From: Bacillales bacterium
GTDB taxonomy: Bacteria; Bacillota_I; Bacilli_A; RF39; UBA660
Direction of reading: 5' to 3'
Assembly (NCBI GenBank): GCA_016282415.1
Contig: JAEEKO010000073.1
Location: 1 to 39,261 of the forward strand
Length of the DNA stretch: 39,261 bases
Made by a program: the position numbers and the translations under genes
Notes under the pieces: model-generated
The model's input: only the letters and a program-made list of their open reading frames with translations
Told to the model about the DNA's origin: nothing
The model's database searches: none
Shown: in pieces, positions 35,319 to 39,261 of the stretch
Numbering within the stretch: position 1 is the first letter of the stretch
Layout of the letters: each line of letters begins with the position of its first letter

Positions 35319-35942
35319 GTGATTAAACGACTTATATTTGATCTAGATAACACGCTTATAAAGTGGAAACCAGAGTATTTAAATGCCTTAAATCGGGCTT
35401 TAACTGAAAACAATTATCATATTGATCCTAATATTATTAATGAGTTGTTTCATTCTTATGAAGAAAACTATAATTATTATGATCAAGAAGTACTATTAAA
35501 TTATATTAATAGTAAGTTAGATGATGAAATAACGCCGAAAGTATTAGATGATTTTTTAGAATATATTGGTTATATGAGTGATTCTGATCAAGAAGTAATT
35601 GATACTTTAGAATACTTAAAAGATAAATATGAAATGGTGGTATTAACTAGATGGTTTGGTAAACCTCAAAGTAAACGATTAGAAACCGCCGGAATCTTAA
35701 ATTACTTCCAAGAAGTAGTTGGTGGTGATGAGATTATGAAGCCGCATCCTGATGCTTTTAAACTAGCAATGGGCGGTAGAAAACCAAGTGAATGTGTTGT
35801 AATTGGTGATACTTATGATGTTGATTTAATTCCAGCACAAAATTTAGGAATTAAACCCATCTTTGCTAACTTTAAAGATTTAAATAATCCCAATAATTAT
35901 CAAACCATAAAATCATTTAAAGAATTAAAAGATATTTTATAG
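35319..35942 (+). CDS. HAD-family hydrolase (YjjG-like)
   Basis: IFDLDNTL, KPHPDAF, IGDTYDVD; probable GTG start after GGTGAT. Confidence 0.9.
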   Translation: MIKRLIFDLDNTLIKWKPEYLNALNRALTENNYHIDPNIINELFHSYEENYNYYDQEVLLNYINSKLDDEITPKVLDDFLEYIGYMSDSDQEVIDTLEYLKDKYEMVVLTRWFGKPQSKRLETAGILNYFQEVVGGDEIMKPHPDAFKLAMGGRKPSECVVIGDTYDVDLIPAQNLGIKPIFANFKDLNNPNNYQTIKSFKELKDIL

Positions 35943-35957
35943 AAAGAAGGAATAAAG

Positions 35958-37178
35958 ATGAAATGTTTTGAAGATTTAGAGTGGAGAGGACTTATTAAAG
36001 ATATTTCGAGTCCAGAACTTGCTGATAAATTAAATAATGAACAATTAACTTTTTATATTGGAACTGATCCAACTGCTGATTCAATGCATATTGGACATTT
36101 TTCATCATTCTTAATTGCAACTCGTCTTGCGAAGTATGGCCATAAACCAATTTTATTAATTGGAGGTGCTACTGGTTTAATTGGAGATCCTAAACCAACT
36201 GCTGAGCGTAAGATGATTACGAAAGAAGAAGTTGAAAAGAACGTTCTTGGATTAACTAATCAAGCCAAGAAAATCTTTGGCTTTGAAGTTGTTAATAATT
36301 ATGATTGGATTTCTAAAATTAACACTATTGATTTCCTAAGAGATTATGGTAAATATATTAATGTTAATTATATGTTAGATAAAGATATTATTAATCGTCG
36401 TTTAGATACTGGTATTACGTTCTGTGAATTTGCATATACTATTTTACAAGGTTTAGATTTCTTAGAATTAAACAAAACGCATGGCGTTACCTTAGAAGTT
36501 GCTGGTTCTGATCAATGGGGTAATATTACTACTGGAATTGAACTTGCTCGTAAAAAAGATAATATTGAGTTATACGGATTAACAATGCCACTTGTTCTTG
36601 ATAGTAACGGGGTTAAATTTGGTAAGACGGAAGGTAATGCATTATGGCTAGATATTAATAAAACTTCAAGCTATGAATTATATCAATATTTAATTAATAC
36701 TGCTGATAGTTGCGTTATTGATTACTTAAAGAAATTAACTTTCTTAACCAAAGAAGAAATTGAAGCAATTGAAAAGCAACATAATGAAGCTCCAGAATTA
36801 AGATTAGCACAAAAGAAATTAGCAGAAGAAGTAATTACATTCTTACATGGTAGTGATGAATTCAATCATGCTTTAGAAGTATCACAAGCTTTATTTAGTG
36901 ATAAGATTACTACATTAACTAGTAAAGATATTAAATCTTCATTTAATGGAGTTCCAACCTTTAAAGTAGAGAATATTAATATTGTTGATTTATTAGTTAA
37001 TAATGGTATTTGTTCTTCTAAAAGAGAAGCTCGTGAATTTATTAATAATAATGCTATTTCGATTAATAACACAAAGATTAATGATGAAAACTTAGTTATT
37101 AATGATAGCATGTTAATTGATAATGAAGTAATGGTATTAAAGAAGGGTAAGAAGAATATTTATCTAGGTATTAAATAG
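35958..37178 (+). CDS. tyrS: Tyrosine--tRNA ligase
   Basis: DPTADSMHIGH, GGATGLIGDP, GSDQWGNI, KFGKT, S4 domain. Confidence 0.97.
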   Translation: MKCFEDLEWRGLIKDISSPELADKLNNEQLTFYIGTDPTADSMHIGHFSSFLIATRLAKYGHKPILLIGGATGLIGDPKPTAERKMITKEEVEKNVLGLTNQAKKIFGFEVVNNYDWISKINTIDFLRDYGKYINVNYMLDKDIINRRLDTGITFCEFAYTILQGLDFLELNKTHGVTLEVAGSDQWGNITTGIELARKKDNIELYGLTMPLVLDSNGVKFGKTEGNALWLDINKTSSYELYQYLINTADSCVIDYLKKLTFLTKEEIEAIEKQHNEAPELRLAQKKLAEEVITFLHGSDEFNHALEVSQALFSDKITTLTSKDIKSSFNGVPTFKVENINIVDLLVNNGICSSKREAREFINNNAISINNTKINDENLVINDSMLIDNEVMVLKKGKKNIYLGIK

Positions 37179-37238
37179 GACTTTAATCTTGCGATTAAAG
37201 CTCTTTTTTTGTATAATGATAATAGGTGAGTGTAGGTT

Positions 37239-38234
37239 ATGAAAAAGCATGTTTCGCTATTATCATTAATCCTTAGTTTAGTAATCATAGTAGTTAGTAT
37301 AACCTATGCTTTTTATACTGGTGAATTGTTTAAGAGTGGTACGAGTTCTGCTGATTTAGAAACCAAGACGATGACTTTAGCATTTACGGATGGTCCAGGT
37401 ATTAATATATCGGATATTCTTCCGGGACAAAGTGTTATTAAAACTTTCACTGTTCAAAATACGGGTACTACTAGTCAAACTTATTATTTGTTATTTGATA
37501 ATGTTACTAATGAATTATCGCGTAAAGAAGATATGGTTTATACATTATCTTCAACGGGTGGTGGGGCAAGTGTTAATGTTGAAACGCAATTACCATCGTA
37601 TAAGAGTAGTTTTACCGGTAATGTAACTATTGCACCAAACACGACGCATACTTATCAATTAACAATTACTTATAAGAATCGTAATTTTGATCAAGCGGTT
37701 GACATGAATAAAATAGTTTCCGCGACTATTCAATTAAGTTTAATTAATTATGATGGTAGTCTTGAATTTGATGAAGAGTTATTAAATCAAGGACATTTCT
37801 ATCATGGTACCCATTCATTTATTAGTGATAACAATGAAAATGTTATTGGTTTCCAATTAGTTGGTGCATCGGAATCAGGTTTCGATGGAGATACTTATCA
37901 TGCGTATGACCCTGGATTATTTATTCGTTATGAAATTGAACTTGACTTAACTGGTTACACGACTTTAAGTTATAAAGTGCGCCGTATTGCGGAGCATGGT
38001 AGTTCAACGGTCTTTATTCGCCCTGCTAATGTTAATATGAGTGCAGTAACCAGTGCTGATAAATATAGTCATATCTACTGTGCGGATTTAGCATTAAATA
38101 CCTGGTATAACGAAACCATTGATGTTACGGCTTTAAACGGAAGCTATGTTATTTCCTTTGTTGGTGGATACTATGATTATACTGGTGATCCTGCTTCTGC
38201 TACTGAGTATTCGGATATTGTATTAAGTAGGTAA
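37239..38234 (+). CDS. TasA/camelysin-like protein with SipW-type signal peptide and extra C-terminal domain
   Basis: ..SITYA|FYT, ILPGQSVIKTFTVQNTG. Confidence 0.7.
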   Translation: MKKHVSLLSLILSLVIIVVSITYAFYTGELFKSGTSSADLETKTMTLAFTDGPGINISDILPGQSVIKTFTVQNTGTTSQTYYLLFDNVTNELSRKEDMVYTLSSTGGGASVNVETQLPSYKSSFTGNVTIAPNTTHTYQLTITYKNRNFDQAVDMNKIVSATIQLSLINYDGSLEFDEELLNQGHFYHGTHSFISDNNENVIGFQLVGASESGFDGDTYHAYDPGLFIRYEIELDLTGYTTLSYKVRRIAEHGSSTVFIRPANVNMSAVTSADKYSHIYCADLALNTWYNETIDVTALNGSYVISFVGGYYDYTGDPASATEYSDIVLSR

Positions 38235-38243
38235 TAAATATAG

Positions 38244-38287
38244 ACATTATAAAACTCCTTTCATAAATTATGGTGAAAGGAGTTTTT
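38244..38287 (+). promoter_or_regulatory. sigmaK-like promoter inside an RBS-sequestering terminator hairpin
   Basis: AC-N16-CATAAATT; perfect 13-bp stem AAAACTCCTTTCA/TGAAAGGAGTTTT. Confidence 0.65.
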
Positions 38288-38289
38288 AT

Positions 38290-38487
38290 ATGAATTATTA
38301 CAATAATGGTGACAATCGTTTTTTATTTCCCTTTTTAGTGGGAGCAGTAACGGGTGGAGCGGCGATTGGTTTAACAAGACCACGTCCAATTGTTAGTATG
38401 CCGGTCAACCCAGTGCCTTACTATAATGCTTCCCCTTATAACCCTGGTTATTCTTACGGTTATAATTATTATTACCGTCCTTACTAA
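38290..38487 (+). CDS. Small Tyr/Pro-rich probable spore protein
   Basis: AAAGGAG RBS; FLFPFLVGAVTGG plus Y/P-rich tail. Confidence 0.65.
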   Translation: MNYYNNGDNRFLFPFLVGAVTGGAAIGLTRPRPIVSMPVNPVPYYNASPYNPGYSYGYNYYYRPY

Positions 38488-39261
38488 AAAGGATGGCAAA
38501 CATCATAAAATAAATAATGATATTACTACCACCATAACTTAAAAATGGTAGGGGAATTCCCATAATTGGGAGAATACCTAAATTAAAGCCAAGATTATAG
38601 ATGACTTGGAATAGAAAGATTGTTAATAAACTATTTTTGATTAAATGCTTTTTATTAATTAAGAATAGGGTTATTAAAAAATAATTGATGATCAAAATAA
38701 ACCCAGTAATAAATCCTAAATTGCCAACGGTAAACGCAAAGATAAAATCGGTTGGAGCTTCAGGAATATATAATATAGGATTAGTAACCATAATATTAAA
38801 TGGTCGAGAAGAACCAATAGCGGTTAAGGCATTATCAATTTGGTAACCATTTTTAAGATTAATAATGCGGTTTAAGCGATAGGTAAAAGTACTACCAAGA
38901 ATTCTAATTAAATATGCAGGTTGATAAATAATTAAGAAAGCAAATATTCCGAGGCATATTAAAAGCATTATTAGAATAGTTATTTTAATTGTCTTTTTAA
39001 TGTTTTTACTAAAGATTACACTTAATAAAATTAACCCATAAATGATTATGGCTCCAGTATCGGGTTCTAAAAAAACTAGGATGGAGGGAACCAGCGTTAA
39101 TATAACTAATCTTAATAAATAGATAACTTCGGATTTATTATTAATATAGTTTAAATAAAGAATTAAACTTAATTTCATTATCTCACTAGGTTGAATTTTA
39201 AAAATACCAATTTTAAACCAAGCACTACTACCATTAGTATTAGTACCAATAAATAATACTA
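38405..39261 (-). CDS. SEDS-family FtsW/RodA/SpoVE protein, 5' end outside window
   Basis: IQPSE..K, LEPDTG, GYQ, YIPEAPTDFIF, GIPLPFLSYGGS. Confidence 0.92.
   Translation of the reverse strand, partial: VLFIGTNTNGSSAWFKIGIFKIQPSEIMKLSLILYLNYINNKSEVIYLLRLVILTLVPSILVFLEPDTGAIIIYGLILLSVIFSKNIKKTIKITILIMLLICLGIFAFLIIYQPAYLIRILGSTFTYRLNRIINLKNGYQIDNALTAIGSSRPFNIMVTNPILYIPEAPTDFIFAFTVGNLGFITGFILIINYFLITLFLINKKHLIKNSLLTIFLFQVIYNLGFNLGILPIMGIPLPFLSYGGSNIIIYFMMFAILFSKDGNNNYNRKNNQGYKGKHYSKALG

Noticed and set aside
4380-37626. Other short ORF-track entries inside known genes (e.g. 4851-5108, 11258-11509, 15183-15443, 23284-23559, 36866-37111, 37390-37626)
   Set aside because: Fully overlap confident CDSs, with no RBS or recognisable motifs
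1-39261. Mycoplasma-type genetic code or wall-less organism suggested by low GC
   Set aside because: Long ORFs translate under code 11 with TGG Trp, ylmC ends in TGA, and PBP, SEDS and MurJ-like genes are present

Overview
AT-rich chromosomal segment of a small-genome, spore-forming Firmicute. It uses the standard genetic code and a compacted Bacillus-like gene order; an RF39/RFN20-type uncultured Bacilli lineage is my inference. The backbone is housekeeping genes (leuS 3' part, murJ-like, trmB, lspA, rluD, rhomboid, lexA, parE-parC, nfo, class B PBP, rpmG, efp, tyrS, partial FtsW/RodA). Sporulation genes are interleaved: cse60-like, spoIIGA-sigE, sigG, ylmC, sirA, ylbD/E-like and several small sigmaE/G/K-promoter genes. 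The accessory content is five type IV prepilin-motif genes in two clusters flanking parEC: two tandem major-pilin paralogs, two pilins fused to ALK/LTK-type glycine-rich domains (one with a 94-aa membrane-anchored extension before the cleavage site), and a 1030-aa pilin-adhesin. No assembly genes are in the window. Notable non-coding features: an apparently minimal ultrashort-Stem-I Tyr T-box; three hairpins combining terminator, sporulation promoter and RBS sequestration; three Spo0A-type 21-bp-spacer promoters; a symmetric divergent promoter inside 17-bp inverted repeats; and an unannotated LexA-boxed 49-aa membrane peptide at the yneA position. No CRISPR, rRNA, tRNA, transposase or integrase was seen. 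All family calls come from motif recognition and synteny, not database searches.
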